Notes: generated by a model not told the origin, from the sequence alone. 54,356 nucleotides of DNA from Candidatus Berkelbacteria bacterium (GCA_016213365.1 JACRAP010000016.1:1-54356), one strand, 5' to 3'; shown: positions 9,547 to 20,113, counted from the stretch's first letter. Made by a program: numbers and translations.

Positions 9547-11267
9547 TGAAACCAATTTATCTTGCACCAGACGACGAGATTACGTCGGTGGTTGAAAAAA
9601 TTACTGCTCTTTCCGATCAGAAACTTGCCCTGGTTGCCCCAAAAAATAGCAACATTTTTCAAAGTTTAATTAATCTTAAATTACTCAAAAAAGAGGCGAC
9701 ACGGCTTGATAAAGAAATCGTAATTATAACTACTAGTAAAGTTGGTCAGAAATTAGCCGAGCAAGTTGGTATAAAATCGTATTCAAATATTTCATCGGTT
9801 GGAATTAGCGACATTGGGCGAAGCGAGCGTTTAGAAGAAAAAATAGAAAGCGAAGTTTTACCCGATGGCACAAAAATTCATCAGTATAACCCCAGTGAAA
9901 CAGTCGAAAAAAACGATGAAGTAATAAGCGAAACCACTGCTCCCCAAGAGCAAAAAAACGATGATGATGAAGAAGAAGGGGAGGAGGAGAGCGTAATTAA
10001 TAAGAAAGCAACGCTAATTCCAGAATTTCCACCGATCAAAATCGCTACCCCGATTGAAAAGAGTCCAGCAGACGAATTACCAGCAATTAGCGGAGCTGGA
10101 TTTAGTACTCGAACCGAATTTAATTTACCTTGGCGATCGTTAATCGGCGCAATACTTATACTTTTTATCGCTTTTATAGCGCTGTTTGTTTTTCTACCTA
10201 AAGCATATATTTCGGCTACTTTTCCTTCAACAAAAGTTGATACTAAAGTCGCCTTAAATGTATTAACTGAAGGGGTTGTAGGAGAAAACGATATTGAAGG
10301 AGTTAATTTATCGGCCAGTAAATCGGCTACAAAGACCATCAAAGCTACGGGCAAAAAAGACATCGGCACTAAAGCCACTGGCAGTATAACGATAACGAAT
10401 AAATATAAAGACGGCTCCGGTGTCGGTAAAGACCAATCGTTTAGTGCACTAACCAAAGTAACCGACACTAAAACCGGCAAAGTTTTTACTCTAAATAATG
10501 CCGTTACAATCGGTCGAGTTACGTATGATCCAAATAACGGTCAACCAATCTATCAGTCCAAAACAGTAGGCGTAACGGCCATTGAGCCGGGTGAATCCTA
10601 TAACATTTCAACGAGTACTTTTAATATTACCGGAGCACTTAGCGGCGTTACCGCCCAAAGCACTACTTCCTTTAAGGGCGGTTTAACTAAACAAGTAACG
10701 GTATTATCGCAAAGCGATATCGACAACGTCCAAAAAGAACTGAAAGAAAAAACCAATACCGAAATTCTCGTGGAGTTAAAAACTAAAGCTGAAAATAAAC
10801 AATTTATTAACAGCGCGGTTAGTTATCAGGTCATAAAAGAATCGGTCGATAAAAAAGTTGGCGATCAAACAGATGAAGCGACCGCGACATATGAAGTGAC
10901 AGCTTCAGTAATAGCGTTTGATCAAGAAACGTTAAAACAAAAAGTTGTTACAGCGCTTTCAAAAGACATTAAGCAAAACGAAGAGCTGGTTTTAAACGAT
11001 AAGACTTTTGAGAATATAAAATCCACCAACGATCCGGCAAAAAAATCGGTTAAATTAGAGTTGCAGGCCTCGGGCAATTTAACGATAAGAATTGAAAAAG
11101 ACAAAATGGCAAAAGCAATTACCAACAAAACTTCAGATCAAATTTCGCAAATATTAAAAGACAGTTATTCGGCAACTGACGTAAAAGTTGATATCAGTCC
11201 GAGTTGGTGGTTCAAACGTTCACCGATGTTTAGTTGGGCGATTAAAATTGAGCCGGTATTCAAATGA
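9546..11267 (+). CDS. bitopic membrane protein with a baseplate-J/gp47-like extracellular region
   Basis: N-terminal IYL..DDEITSV domain, acidic linker, one TM, then KATGSITITN...VTAIEPGESYNI...FKGG; coupled to the upstream gene (TAATG); family assignment from recall. Confidence 0.65.
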   Translation: MKPIYLAPDDEITSVVEKITALSDQKLALVAPKNSNIFQSLINLKLLKKEATRLDKEIVIITTSKVGQKLAEQVGIKSYSNISSVGISDIGRSERLEEKIESEVLPDGTKIHQYNPSETVEKNDEVISETTAPQEQKNDDDEEEGEEESVINKKATLIPEFPPIKIATPIEKSPADELPAISGAGFSTRTEFNLPWRSLIGAILILFIAFIALFVFLPKAYISATFPSTKVDTKVALNVLTEGVVGENDIEGVNLSASKSATKTIKATGKKDIGTKATGSITITNKYKDGSGVGKDQSFSALTKVTDTKTGKVFTLNNAVTIGRVTYDPNNGQPIYQSKTVGVTAIEPGESYNISTSTFNITGALSGVTAQSTTSFKGGLTKQVTVLSQSDIDNVQKELKEKTNTEILVELKTKAENKQFINSAVSYQVIKESVDKKVGDQTDEATATYEVTASVIAFDQETLKQKVVTALSKDIKQNEELVLNDKTFENIKSTNDPAKKSVKLELQASGNLTIRIEKDKMAKAITNKTSDQISQILKDSYSATDVKVDISPSWWFKRSPMFSWAIKIEPVFK

Positions 11268-11692
11268 GATTATTAGGACTTGACGTTGGTAGTAAGAAAA
11301 TTGGTGTAGCAGTGGGTGAAACGATTGGAAACGAGTTAACTACGATAATTGCGCCAAAAGACGATAACTTCTACAGCTCAAGCGGTTATAATTACGCAGA
11401 GCAAGAAATTTCTAAAATATTACGGGAGGAAGAGGCGCAAGCAATCGTTGTTGGTTTACCAGTGAACGAACAAGGACATCATACCGAGGAATCTGCAAAA
11501 ATTGAAAAATTTGCTGAAAAATTGAAATCACAGTTAAAAATCGATATTTATTTCGTCGACGAAACCTTAACAAGTTTCATGGCCGATGAAATGTTAGAAT
11601 CGCAAGGGATCGATCCGCAAGAACGAAAACAACGGGTTCATCAGCTAGCGGCAGAGTTAATTTTGGAACAATACCTAGAGGATGCAAGGTAG
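11264..11692 (+). CDS. ruvX: YqgF/RuvX family nuclease
   Basis: LGLDVGSKKIGVA, IVVGLP and VDETLTS motifs. Confidence 0.93.
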   Translation: MRLLGLDVGSKKIGVAVGETIGNELTTIIAPKDDNFYSSSGYNYAEQEISKILREEEAQAIVVGLPVNEQGHHTEESAKIEKFAEKLKSQLKIDIYFVDETLTSFMADEMLESQGIDPQERKQRVHQLAAELILEQYLEDAR

Positions 11693-12596
11693 AAAGATTT
11701 TTGTTCGTATTTTTATCGTATTTTTTCTAATTACAACTATTTTTATTGTTTATTTTTATACACTCTTACAGAGCGCGACAACCAAATCTGTCTCTAAGGC
11801 CTTTGAAGTTAAGGAAGGTGATAGTACGGCTGTAATTGCCAGTAAATTACAACAAAAAGGTTTAATAAAAAGTGCGTTTGCCTTTAGGGTATATAAGCAA
11901 ATTTCTGGCTCTATTTTAGTGCCGGGTGTTTATGTAATCGATTCATCCGAAAATGTTTCGAGTATTTTGAACACGATCGCTAAAGGAAAAAGTAGCGTAA
12001 TAAAAGTTACTCTACTTGAAGGATGGCGCGCAAAGGATATTGAAGAGTATATGGTGAACGAAAAGGGGCTAAGCCAATTTATCGGGTTTACTAAAAAAGC
12101 TGAAAAATACGAAGGGTATCTGTATCCAGACACTTACGAAATTTTATTAATTATTACGCCCGATGAGTTCATTAAGTTACTGCGCGATACGTTTGTAACT
12201 AAAACGAAATCCTTAAACCCAACGAGCGATCAAGTAATTTTAGCGTCAATTATCGAGCGCGAAGCGGCGAGCGACAGCGAACGAGCAGATATTGCTGGAG
12301 TGTACACTAACAGACTTAAAATAGGTATGCGACTTGAGGCCGATCCAACGATTCAGTACGCCAAGGGAAACTGGCAGGCGGTAACATTAGCAGAGTACCG
12401 ATCAGTAATATCACCGTATAATACTTATTTAAACGACGGCTTACCGCCAACGCCGATCGCCAACCCTAGCGTTAAAAGTATCGAAGCGGCGATTAATCCA
12501 GCAAAACACAACTATTATTTTTTCTTTCACGCAAACGGTAATATCTATTTCTCAAAAACCCTAAGTGAGCATAAGGAAAAACTAAAAAGTCTTTAG
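11682..12596 (+). CDS. mltG: endolytic transglycosylase MltG
   Basis: EGYLYPDTY, LASIIERE, NRLKIGMRLEADPT and SPYNTY..GLPPTPIANP motifs. Confidence 0.96.
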   Translation: MQGRKIFVRIFIVFFLITTIFIVYFYTLLQSATTKSVSKAFEVKEGDSTAVIASKLQQKGLIKSAFAFRVYKQISGSILVPGVYVIDSSENVSSILNTIAKGKSSVIKVTLLEGWRAKDIEEYMVNEKGLSQFIGFTKKAEKYEGYLYPDTYEILLIITPDEFIKLLRDTFVTKTKSLNPTSDQVILASIIEREAASDSERADIAGVYTNRLKIGMRLEADPTIQYAKGNWQAVTLAEYRSVISPYNTYLNDGLPPTPIANPSVKSIEAAINPAKHNYYFFFHANGNIYFSKTLSEHKEKLKSL

Positions 12597-12598
12597 AA

Positions 12599-12627
12599 TT
12601 GACCGCAACCAATATTACTTCTAGAAT
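12599..12627 (+). promoter_or_regulatory. sigma70-type promoter of the mreBCD-mrdA operon
   Basis: TTGACC-N17-TAGAAT, 9 nt before the ATG. Confidence 0.7.
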
Positions 12628-12636
12628 ACAAACACG

Positions 12637-13680
12637 ATGCTAAACAGGTTTTTTGGTGCGTTTTCACAAGATATTGGAATAGATTTAGGGACCGCCAATA
12701 CGTTAGTTTACGCTCGCGGCAGGGGTGTAGTTATTAACGAACCGTCCGTAGTAGCAATTAACCAAAGAACCCGACAAGTGCTGGCAATCGGCCAAGAGGC
12801 ACAGATAATGGTTGGTAAAACCCCGGGGCATATTGTTGCTAAACGTCCGTTAGTTGACGGAGTGGTTTCCGACTTTGAGATTACAGAGCAGATGCTCCGA
12901 CATTTTATTGATCGAGTTCATAAAGAACGTTTTTCTTTTTTACCAAGACCAAGAGTATTAGTTGGGATTCCCTACGGCGTTACTGAAGTTGAGCGTCGTG
13001 CGGCAGAGGAAGCAACAATCAACGCCGGCGCGCGTCAGGCGTTTTTAATCGAAGAACCGGTTGCGGCGGCGATCGGAGCCAGACTACCGATTCAAGAAGC
13101 GACCGGTAGTATGATAGTAGATATCGGCGGTGGCACAACGGAGGTGGCAGTAATCTCGATGGGCGGGATAGTTGCATCGCGATCGATCAGAATTGCAGGC
13201 GACGAGATGAACGAAGACATTATTAATTTCGCTCGCGATAATTTTAATATGTTGCTCGGAGAACGTACCGCTGAAAAAATAAAAATCGAAGTCGGTTCCG
13301 CCTTCCCTATGAAAGATAAAATCGAACGGCCGATGCGCGGAAGAGATTTAGTAACCGGTTTACCAAGAGAAGTGATAGTCAACGACGAACAAGTTCGTCG
13401 GGCACTTGGAAAATCGATTAACACTATCGTCGAGGCGGTAAAAGTAACCCTGGAAGAAACACCACCGGAATTGGTCGCTGATATTATGGAGCGGGGAATT
13501 GTTTTGGCTGGCGGCGGTGCCCTATTAAGACATCTGGATTTATTAATCTCGCAATCAACCCAGACAAAAGTTTTTATCGCCGACGATCCGCTTACCTGCG
13601 TTGCCAGAGGTACTGGGGTGGTGCTGGAAGATTTGGAAACGCTTGAATCGGTATTGTTAAGTAGTGCGCTTAGGGGATGA
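12637..13680 (+). CDS. mreB: rod shape-determining protein MreB
   Basis: IGIDLGTANT, NEPSVVA, VDIGGGTTEVA and GGGALL motifs. Confidence 0.98.
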   Translation: MLNRFFGAFSQDIGIDLGTANTLVYARGRGVVINEPSVVAINQRTRQVLAIGQEAQIMVGKTPGHIVAKRPLVDGVVSDFEITEQMLRHFIDRVHKERFSFLPRPRVLVGIPYGVTEVERRAAEEATINAGARQAFLIEEPVAAAIGARLPIQEATGSMIVDIGGGTTEVAVISMGGIVASRSIRIAGDEMNEDIINFARDNFNMLLGERTAEKIKIEVGSAFPMKDKIERPMRGRDLVTGLPREVIVNDEQVRRALGKSINTIVEAVKVTLEETPPELVADIMERGIVLAGGGALLRHLDLLISQSTQTKVFIADDPLTCVARGTGVVLEDLETLESVLLSSALRG

Positions 13681-14459
13681 GACGAAAGAATACACGATTA
13701 ATAATTATAGTACTGGTGATATTGGCAATTATATTAATCCAATTACCATTTTTTTCTACTTTTAGAGACAAGATAAGAATTGTAATCAGCACGCCTGCTC
13801 GAATAATTAACAGCTCATTTCAATCAGTTAAAAGTAATATAAAAACTATCAGTAATATCGACACGATCGTTAAAGAAAATTCTGAATTACGAGAACAGTT
13901 ATTATTTACTAACGCTAGAATTGCAGAGCTTCAAACTGTTTTACAGGAAAACATCCGATTAAGAGAAGATCTGAAGTTTAGCCAATCTAGGCCGGAGATA
14001 AACTTAGTGCCAGCAAAGATTGTAAATTTCTCACCAAGCGGTGCGTATCAAGCAATTACGATAGGTTTAGGTAGCGAAGACGGTATTAAAGAAGGTCAGG
14101 CGGTAATTTCACAAGGGTTTTTAATCGGTAAAGTAAAAAATGTCTCAGTAAAAACGGCTGAAGTTTGGCTACTTACTAATCGAAACGTTATAACCCCCGT
14201 TAGGTTAACAAATAGTCAGACTACGGGACTATTAAAGGGGGGAATACGTGGTTTGGTAGTTGATAATATCCCTGTTGATACTAAAGTTGCAAAAGGCGAG
14301 TTAGTTGTAACGTCATCACTTGAGGGGCTTTATCCGGAAGGGATAGCGATCGGCGAAGTAATAGATATTATTCACAGAGAAGAAGAAATTTTTATCACCT
14401 TAAGGATTAGCACCCCAATAAATATTAGTTCAATAACATATGTTTTTATAGTTAAATAA
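13677..14459 (+). CDS. mreC: rod shape-determining protein MreC
   Basis: TM, coiled coil (ENSELRE, ENIRLRE) and beta domain (VVTS...YPEGIAIG); operon position. Confidence 0.95.
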   Translation: MRRKNTRLIIIVLVILAIILIQLPFFSTFRDKIRIVISTPARIINSSFQSVKSNIKTISNIDTIVKENSELREQLLFTNARIAELQTVLQENIRLREDLKFSQSRPEINLVPAKIVNFSPSGAYQAITIGLGSEDGIKEGQAVISQGFLIGKVKNVSVKTAEVWLLTNRNVITPVRLTNSQTTGLLKGGIRGLVVDNIPVDTKVAKGELVVTSSLEGLYPEGIAIGEVIDIIHREEEIFITLRISTPINISSITYVFIVK

Positions 14460-14941
14460 TGCGCTATTTCGTATTAATTATCCTGGCACTTTTAGAAACA
14501 ATTATTCTTTTTGGATTTATCGGATCGAATTTTGCGCTTAGTGGGATTAGTATTGAGCTCGCAGTTATTACAACGTGGTTGATCTCTTGGCTATATAATT
14601 TTAGGACAGGTATTTTTTGGGCGGTTACTATGGGGGCGTTATTAGATATTATCGGTTTCGGCTTTTTTGGGGTTAATTTAATAAAACTACTGCTGGTGGT
14701 GGGAATAATATTTTTCTTGAAGGGCAAATACCTTTCAGTGTCATCGTTACTTCACTCCTTTATTTCGATTCTTCTTAGTTGCGTTATCGCAGTTTTATTG
14801 GATCAGATAGTTATTGGTAATGTTAATTTTTATACTCTAGGTTTTAGTAGTTTATACAGTTCCGTCGTTGGATTTTTAATATATTATTTCTTGGCCGTAA
14901 GGTTTAAATTCTTCCAAAGATGGGCGGGAAATAGAATCTAA
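14459..14941 (+). CDS. mreD: rod shape-determining protein MreD
   Basis: 160-aa polytopic protein with G.LLD motif, between mreC and mrdA. Confidence 0.85.
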   Translation: MRYFVLIILALLETIILFGFIGSNFALSGISIELAVITTWLISWLYNFRTGIFWAVTMGALLDIIGFGFFGVNLIKLLLVVGIIFFLKGKYLSVSSLLHSFISILLSCVIAVLLDQIVIGNVNFYTLGFSSLYSSVVGFLIYYFLAVRFKFFQRWAGNRI

Positions 14942-16902
14942 TGTTTAATTTTTTTAAAAAGTTCTCAAAGCGAATCAACAACTCGGAAACGGGTATTTTC
15001 GATCCGTATATACCGATTAAATTGAATAAAAAAATTGACCAATTAGAAGTTGAATGGGTTGAGCCAAGCTTTTCAGAAGAGCATTTTTCAGACATTAAGC
15101 CGCATAAAGAGAGACATATCCCCCTAAAAACTTTAAGCGTTATCTTTGCCTTAGTACTGATCAGCAGATTATTAACCCTGCAAATTACTCACGGACAAGA
15201 GTATCAAGCAAAATCAGAGAACAATCGGCTCAAAGCAGTTAAAATCGTCCCGCCTCGTGGTTTAATTTACGACTCAAGCGGACAGTCGTTAGTCAAAAAT
15301 ACTCCAAGCTATTCAGTAATCGTTCAACCCCAAGAGTTGCCAAAAGACGAAGGAGCTAGAAACGAGCTATTACTTAAACTCTCTAAAATTATTAATGTTT
15401 CGCATCAGGAATTAATCAATACCGTTAACGAGGCACGTAAGAATAAACATAGCGAAACAGTTGTTGCCGAAGGGATAGATCGTGAAAAGTCTATGGCGCT
15501 CGAACTTAAATTAAATAATTTTAGCGGCGTTAGTTTAGAAAAATCCCCAATTCGTCTGTATAGTGATTTGCCAAGTTTGGGACACATCACCGGCTATATC
15601 GGTAAAGTTACAAAAGAAGAGAAGGACGAAGACAACTCGCTACTTTCAACGGGTTATATCGGTAAATACGGTATTGAAAAGATTTACGACCAAATATTAA
15701 GAGGTAAAACCGGTATTGAAACAATAGAAATTGATTCGTTCGGTAGAGCATTACGTTCGGTTGGCAATGTTCCGGCAATTCCCGGTGAATCAATTTATCT
15801 TTCGCTTGACTCCTCGTTGCAACGCCAAACCGCTTTGGCGTTAGCAGAGGCGATAAAAAAAATGGAAGCAACAAGCGGCGCCGCAGTCGCACTTGACCCA
15901 AGTAACGGCGAGGTACTGGCAATGGTAAGTTTTCCTTATTACGATATTAACTTATTTTCGCCAAATAATCGTTCAAAGAATTTACAAAAAGTGTTAACCG
16001 ATCCGCTTGCGCCGTTAGTTAATCGAGCGATTTCGGGGCAGTACCCGTCTGGGTCAACGATAAAACCGTTTGTCGCGGCTGCAGCGCTTGAAGAAAAAGT
16101 TATCACAGAAACAACCCGAGTAGACACTTCTGCGGGAAAGATCTCGGTTGGCCCGTGGACGTTCTCGGACTGGAAACGACACGGCGTTGTGGATGTAAGA
16201 CAGGCGATCGCAGAAAGTAATAATATTTTCTTTTACACCCTTGGTGGCGGATACGGGGATATTAAAGGACTTGGGGCCCGAAAATTAACCGATTACTTAC
16301 AAAACTTCGGCTTGGGCAAAATAACTGGTGTTGATTTAACCGGTGAAGCGAAGGGAAACATTCCTACCCCAGAATGGAAGAAGAGAGTATTTAACGAATC
16401 TTGGTACGTAGGCGATACGTATAATACATCGATTGGTCAGGGCGGGTTACTCTTAACGCCGCTACAATTAGCGGTAAGCACTTCATCGTTTGCAAACGGG
16501 GGTAATATCTATAAACCGCACTTTTTAAGAAAATACGTCTCATCGTCTGGGAAGATTTCTGAATATAAACCAGAGATCATAAACTCAAATGTCGTATCAA
16601 AGCATTTTACCCAAGTCGTAAGAGAGGGGATGCGTCGGGTGGTTACGGGCGGTTCAGCAACTCGTACCTTTGGCAATTTTAAAATTGAGGTAGCCGCTAA
16701 AACTGGTACCGCCCAGTTTTCTGCCTCAAAGAAAAATACCCACTCTTGGATTACTGCTTTTGCCCCGTACGACAATCCAAAAATTATCGTAGCGGTGATT
16801 GTAGAGGGTGGAGGCACTGGTTTTACAGCGGCCGCTCCGGTTGCAAAAAACATGCTTGAAAATTTCTTCAAACTCCCAATAACCCCAATAATTCCGCAGT
16901 AA
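14941..16902 (+). CDS. mrdA: penicillin-binding protein 2 (class B)
   Basis: PPRGLIYD; STIK (SxxK), SNN (SxN) and KTGT motifs. Confidence 0.96.
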   Translation: MFNFFKKFSKRINNSETGIFDPYIPIKLNKKIDQLEVEWVEPSFSEEHFSDIKPHKERHIPLKTLSVIFALVLISRLLTLQITHGQEYQAKSENNRLKAVKIVPPRGLIYDSSGQSLVKNTPSYSVIVQPQELPKDEGARNELLLKLSKIINVSHQELINTVNEARKNKHSETVVAEGIDREKSMALELKLNNFSGVSLEKSPIRLYSDLPSLGHITGYIGKVTKEEKDEDNSLLSTGYIGKYGIEKIYDQILRGKTGIETIEIDSFGRALRSVGNVPAIPGESIYLSLDSSLQRQTALALAEAIKKMEATSGAAVALDPSNGEVLAMVSFPYYDINLFSPNNRSKNLQKVLTDPLAPLVNRAISGQYPSGSTIKPFVAAAALEEKVITETTRVDTSAGKISVGPWTFSDWKRHGVVDVRQAIAESNNIFFYTLGGGYGDIKGLGARKLTDYLQNFGLGKITGVDLTGEAKGNIPTPEWKKRVFNESWYVGDTYNTSIGQGGLLLTPLQLAVSTSSFANGGNIYKPHFLRKYVSSSGKISEYKPEIINSNVVSKHFTQVVREGMRRVVTGGSATRTFGNFKIEVAAKTGTAQFSASKKNTHSWITAFAPYDNPKIIVAVIVEGGGTGFTAAAPVAKNMLENFFKLPITPIIPQ

Positions 16903-16960
16903 TTGTTATAACTTATAATTTTCTACAACTAATTACCTTAATTACTGTAAATATAGACAG
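16903..16960. promoter_or_regulatory. candidate operator boxes (YTGT-N8-ACAR-like) upstream of the CdaR-like gene
   Basis: TTGT-N8-ATAA at 16903, TTAT-N8-ACAA at 16913, CTGT-N8-ACAG at 16945. Confidence 0.4.
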
Positions 16961-17001
16961 GGAAATTTGACACAATTTGTAAGATTATATAAAAAGAAAC
17001 T

Positions 17002-18147
17002 ATGCCACCATATTTAGCGCAAGAGCTTTACGATCAAATAAAAAGGGTAATTAATAAATCGATTGCGATCGTCGGTCCGTACGGCGAACCGATTCTTCAG
17101 AAAAACGACTTTAATAATATAGTTAATTTTCAAACTAAAACCGTTAGTCGCGAGCACGATTCCCACGAAGTGATCGGCAACGACCAGTTAAGGGCAATTT
17201 CGTTATACGACGAGCGTAAGTTATTAGGATTTGTAATTGTAGAAGCAAGGGCAGAAGATATTCAAACAATTCAAATTATATCGAGTTTGGCTGGCCTAAT
17301 AGTACAGCAGTTTTTATCGATGCATAAACCCAAGCCAGACACCGTTGATTTATTACTTACAAGATTAATTTTTAGAAGTAATACCCTTGAAGACGGCGAA
17401 TTAGACGAACAGATGGCGGCGCTTGGGTATAGATTGGACGTTCAGCGCGTAGCGGTGGTATTAGAATTAAGCGGTTTTTGGCAGAATTACTTACATTCTT
17501 TAGGTCACGACAAACAAAACTTAATCGCTGCCAAGAAACGCGATATCGAGTTAAGTTTAGTTAGTTTCTTTAGCCGTAACCAAGATAATATCATCGGTTA
17601 TATCGGTAACGATCGCTTTTTAGTGTTAAAAGACCTATCCAGCGCTGATTTCAATAAATTCTTCAGCTTGCTTAAAAGTAGTTTTAACGAAATCACCGCC
17701 TCGCTTAAAAATGTAAATATTAAACAGATAACCGTTGGTGTGGGAACGCCGTCGCACTCAAGCATCGATTTAATCAGCTCTGCCTCTGAAGCAATTCAAG
17801 CACTTGAGATCGGTAAAAAACTCTTTGGGAGTGATAAGGTTTATCGTAACGAAGCGCTCGGGGTATTACCGATGCTAACCTCAACTAATTTAGCCCAGAA
17901 AAAACACCTTGCCGAAGGGCTTGTCGCACCAATTATTACCGATATTGAACTGTTAACAACCCTGGAATCGTTTTTGGAGCACAATCTAAATCTTACGAAT
18001 ACTTCTGAAGCGCTAAAGGTTCACCGCAATACGGTAATTTATCGTCTCGATAAAATTAAAGAGTTAATCAACAAAGACCCGCGAAAATTCGACGAAGCGA
18101 TGGAACTGAAACTCGCAATGATGTTTCAAAAAATCTTGAGCGATTAA
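17002..18147 (+). CDS. CdaR/PucR-family transcriptional regulator
   Basis: N-terminal LAQEL.DQI sensor-like region, GGDEF-like middle (ITVGVG) and C-terminal HTH LKVHRNTVIYRLDKI. Confidence 0.92.
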   Translation: MPPYLAQELYDQIKRVINKSIAIVGPYGEPILQKNDFNNIVNFQTKTVSREHDSHEVIGNDQLRAISLYDERKLLGFVIVEARAEDIQTIQIISSLAGLIVQQFLSMHKPKPDTVDLLLTRLIFRSNTLEDGELDEQMAALGYRLDVQRVAVVLELSGFWQNYLHSLGHDKQNLIAAKKRDIELSLVSFFSRNQDNIIGYIGNDRFLVLKDLSSADFNKFFSLLKSSFNEITASLKNVNIKQITVGVGTPSHSSIDLISSASEAIQALEIGKKLFGSDKVYRNEALGVLPMLTSTNLAQKKHLAEGLVAPIITDIELLTTLESFLEHNLNLTNTSEALKVHRNTVIYRLDKIKELINKDPRKFDEAMELKLAMMFQKILSD

Positions 18148-18524
18148 TTATCGTCGAGTGCTTTTTGGATTATCTCAACCATCTCGTCTGGGGTGTGATA
18201 GGATTTTACTAAATAATCGATCGCACCGAGCGATAGGGCTAGTCGTTTGTCTTTATCGGTGTCTTCGCTACCCAAATTAGTTAGCACTATTACGGGTATG
18301 TCTTTGGTTCTTGAGCTAGATTTTAACTTTTTTAACACTTCAAACCCATTTATGCCGGGCAGGAGGATATCGAGCAAAATTAAATCCGGTGCGTGGTTAG
18401 CAAGTTTTAGCGCTTCGTGACCGTTTTGGGCTACTTGGAGCTGAAAATTGGCGTTAGAAAATGCCTCTTGATATAGATCGATTAATATTTGTTCGTCTTC
18501 AACTAATAATACTTTCTTGCTCAT
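18144..18524 (-). CDS. single-domain response regulator (receiver only)
   Basis: LLVED, PDLILLD, PVIVLT and DYLVK motifs; no output domain. Confidence 0.95.
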   Translation of the reverse strand: MSKKVLLVEDEQILIDLYQEAFSNANFQLQVAQNGHEALKLANHAPDLILLDILLPGINGFEVLKKLKSSSRTKDIPVIVLTNLGSEDTDKDKRLALSLGAIDYLVKSYHTPDEMVEIIQKALDDN

Positions 18525-20113
18525 TTCACTCCTTTTACCATAATTACTCTTTTAATAATAGGGAAGGTTAATTGGAAGGTGGTACCTTGGTTAATTTTAC
18601 TTTTTACTTTAATCGTTCCGCCTTGCTTTTCAACAAAATTTTTCACAATAAATAGTCCCAAACCGGCGCCGGTTTCGCTAGTTCTTCTGCCGTTTTCACC
18701 GCGATGAAATTTAGTGAAAGCATTAGCGATATCTTTACTGCTCATACCGATTCCCTGATCCGTTATAGTAATGGAGGCCTTGTCTGGCTTTTCGTAAACC
18801 GAATTTACTTGGATTACTCCCTTGACGCTGTATTTAATTGCGTTGTCGATAAGATTTGTTAACACTTGAAGTAATCTAAGCTTGTCCGCGGCGATAATAA
18901 GCTGCTCGTTTGGTTCGTTATACCGAATAAAAATCCCCTTTTTTTCGGCTTTACTTTTTAACTGACTAATCGCGCTATTTATAATTTCGCAAAGATTAAT
19001 CGGTCGCAAGGAAAAACTGATTCGATTTTCCTCAACGTGAATTACTTGAAGTAAATCTTCAGCTAATTTAACTAAGCGATCGCTGGCAAACTCAGCATTT
19101 TTTAAATATTTGGCTTGAGTTTCGGTTAGCTCCCCCTTGTTAAGTAACGATAAATAGCCCTTTACAGCTGTAATAGGCGTTCTTAACTCGTGGGTGGCGA
19201 TTGAAATAAACTCGTTTTTTCTGTTCTCTAATTCTTTATTTTTTGAGATATCTCTAACTAGAATAATTACTTGTGTAATTCTTCCTTCACTGTCTCGCAG
19301 TAGTGAACCGGAAAAACTAACCCATTTTGGTTGATTGTTTTTTGTTCTAATCTCTAAGTCTCGGTAAAAAACATTTTTCAATTTGTCTGATTCGTAGTCT
19401 TTAATTATTTCTTTTAGCCAGTTACTATCGCTACTCTTAAAACAGCTTGAGTAATTTTTTCCGTAGGTTTCTTTTGGCGTAAATCCCGTTAAACGCTGAA
19501 GCGGTCGGTTCCATGTAATTATGTTTAAATCCTTGTCTAAGATCATCAAACCCTCGCTTAGGTGGTGTGTAATTGTGGCAAAACGTTCGGTTTCGCTGGC
19601 AAGCGAGGTCGAAAGTTTTTGATTAGCTTCGTATAGTCGGACTATTCTATTGAATAAATGTAAGAATCTTAGCTCGTGTCGCTGCGGCGCATCGTTTCCA
19701 AAGAGCGCAATAGTAATATCTTTTAAAAACGGTATTAGCGTTATGTATTTTACCGTGTCGCTGTTTTTCAACCTTTCCACCGTAACTGTTGGTCTGCGTT
19801 TTATTCGGCTAGTTACATCGCTACTACGAGGGATTTTGGCTTGGCTACGACTAAAGGAATTTTCAACTAAAATCAGTTCGCTGTCCTTGTGAATATAGGC
19901 GGCGTATTTGGACGTATTTACAGAAGTGCAGAGCTCGCTACAAAATAAAGCCAGTTGTCTATTCGGATCTTGGGCGTACTTAATCAATAGAACTAGTAGT
20001 TCCTGCTGCCTTAATAATTCTATCCCGTCGTGACTCGGTATTACCCCAAGTCTGTTTAACCATTGCTCCCAAACGCTGGCGCTGATGGTGCTTGTGGGTT
20101 TATTTTTTGTCAT
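18521..20113 (-). CDS. cytoplasmic PAS-domain sensor histidine kinase
   Basis: PAS domain (WNRPLQRLTGF), H-box THELRTP, N-box NLIDNAIKY, DQGIG and GAGLGL; no clear TM. Confidence 0.95.
   Translation of the reverse strand: MTKNKPTSTISASVWEQWLNRLGVIPSHDGIELLRQQELLVLLIKYAQDPNRQLALFCSELCTSVNTSKYAAYIHKDSELILVENSFSRSQAKIPRSSDVTSRIKRRPTVTVERLKNSDTVKYITLIPFLKDITIALFGNDAPQRHELRFLHLFNRIVRLYEANQKLSTSLASETERFATITHHLSEGLMILDKDLNIITWNRPLQRLTGFTPKETYGKNYSSCFKSSDSNWLKEIIKDYESDKLKNVFYRDLEIRTKNNQPKWVSFSGSLLRDSEGRITQVIILVRDISKNKELENRKNEFISIATHELRTPITAVKGYLSLLNKGELTETQAKYLKNAEFASDRLVKLAEDLLQVIHVEENRISFSLRPINLCEIINSAISQLKSKAEKKGIFIRYNEPNEQLIIAADKLRLLQVLTNLIDNAIKYSVKGVIQVNSVYEKPDKASITITDQGIGMSSKDIANAFTKFHRGENGRRTSETGAGLGLFIVKNFVEKQGGTIKVKSKINQGTTFQLTFPIIKRVIMVKGVK

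Noticed and set aside
9955-9992. GAT/GAA/GAG low-complexity run
   Set aside because: Encodes an acidic linker (DDDEEEGEEE); not a contingency repeat
9881-10480. Long antisense ORFs (this one, 5286-5726, 37843-38340, 47915-48346, 52916-53440 and similar)
   Set aside because: Shadows of better-supported genes on the opposite strand, with no motifs or start signals
9546-11267. Prophage or contractile injection system
   Set aside because: No other tail, capsid, terminase or integrase genes; the protein has a TM and is embedded among housekeeping genes
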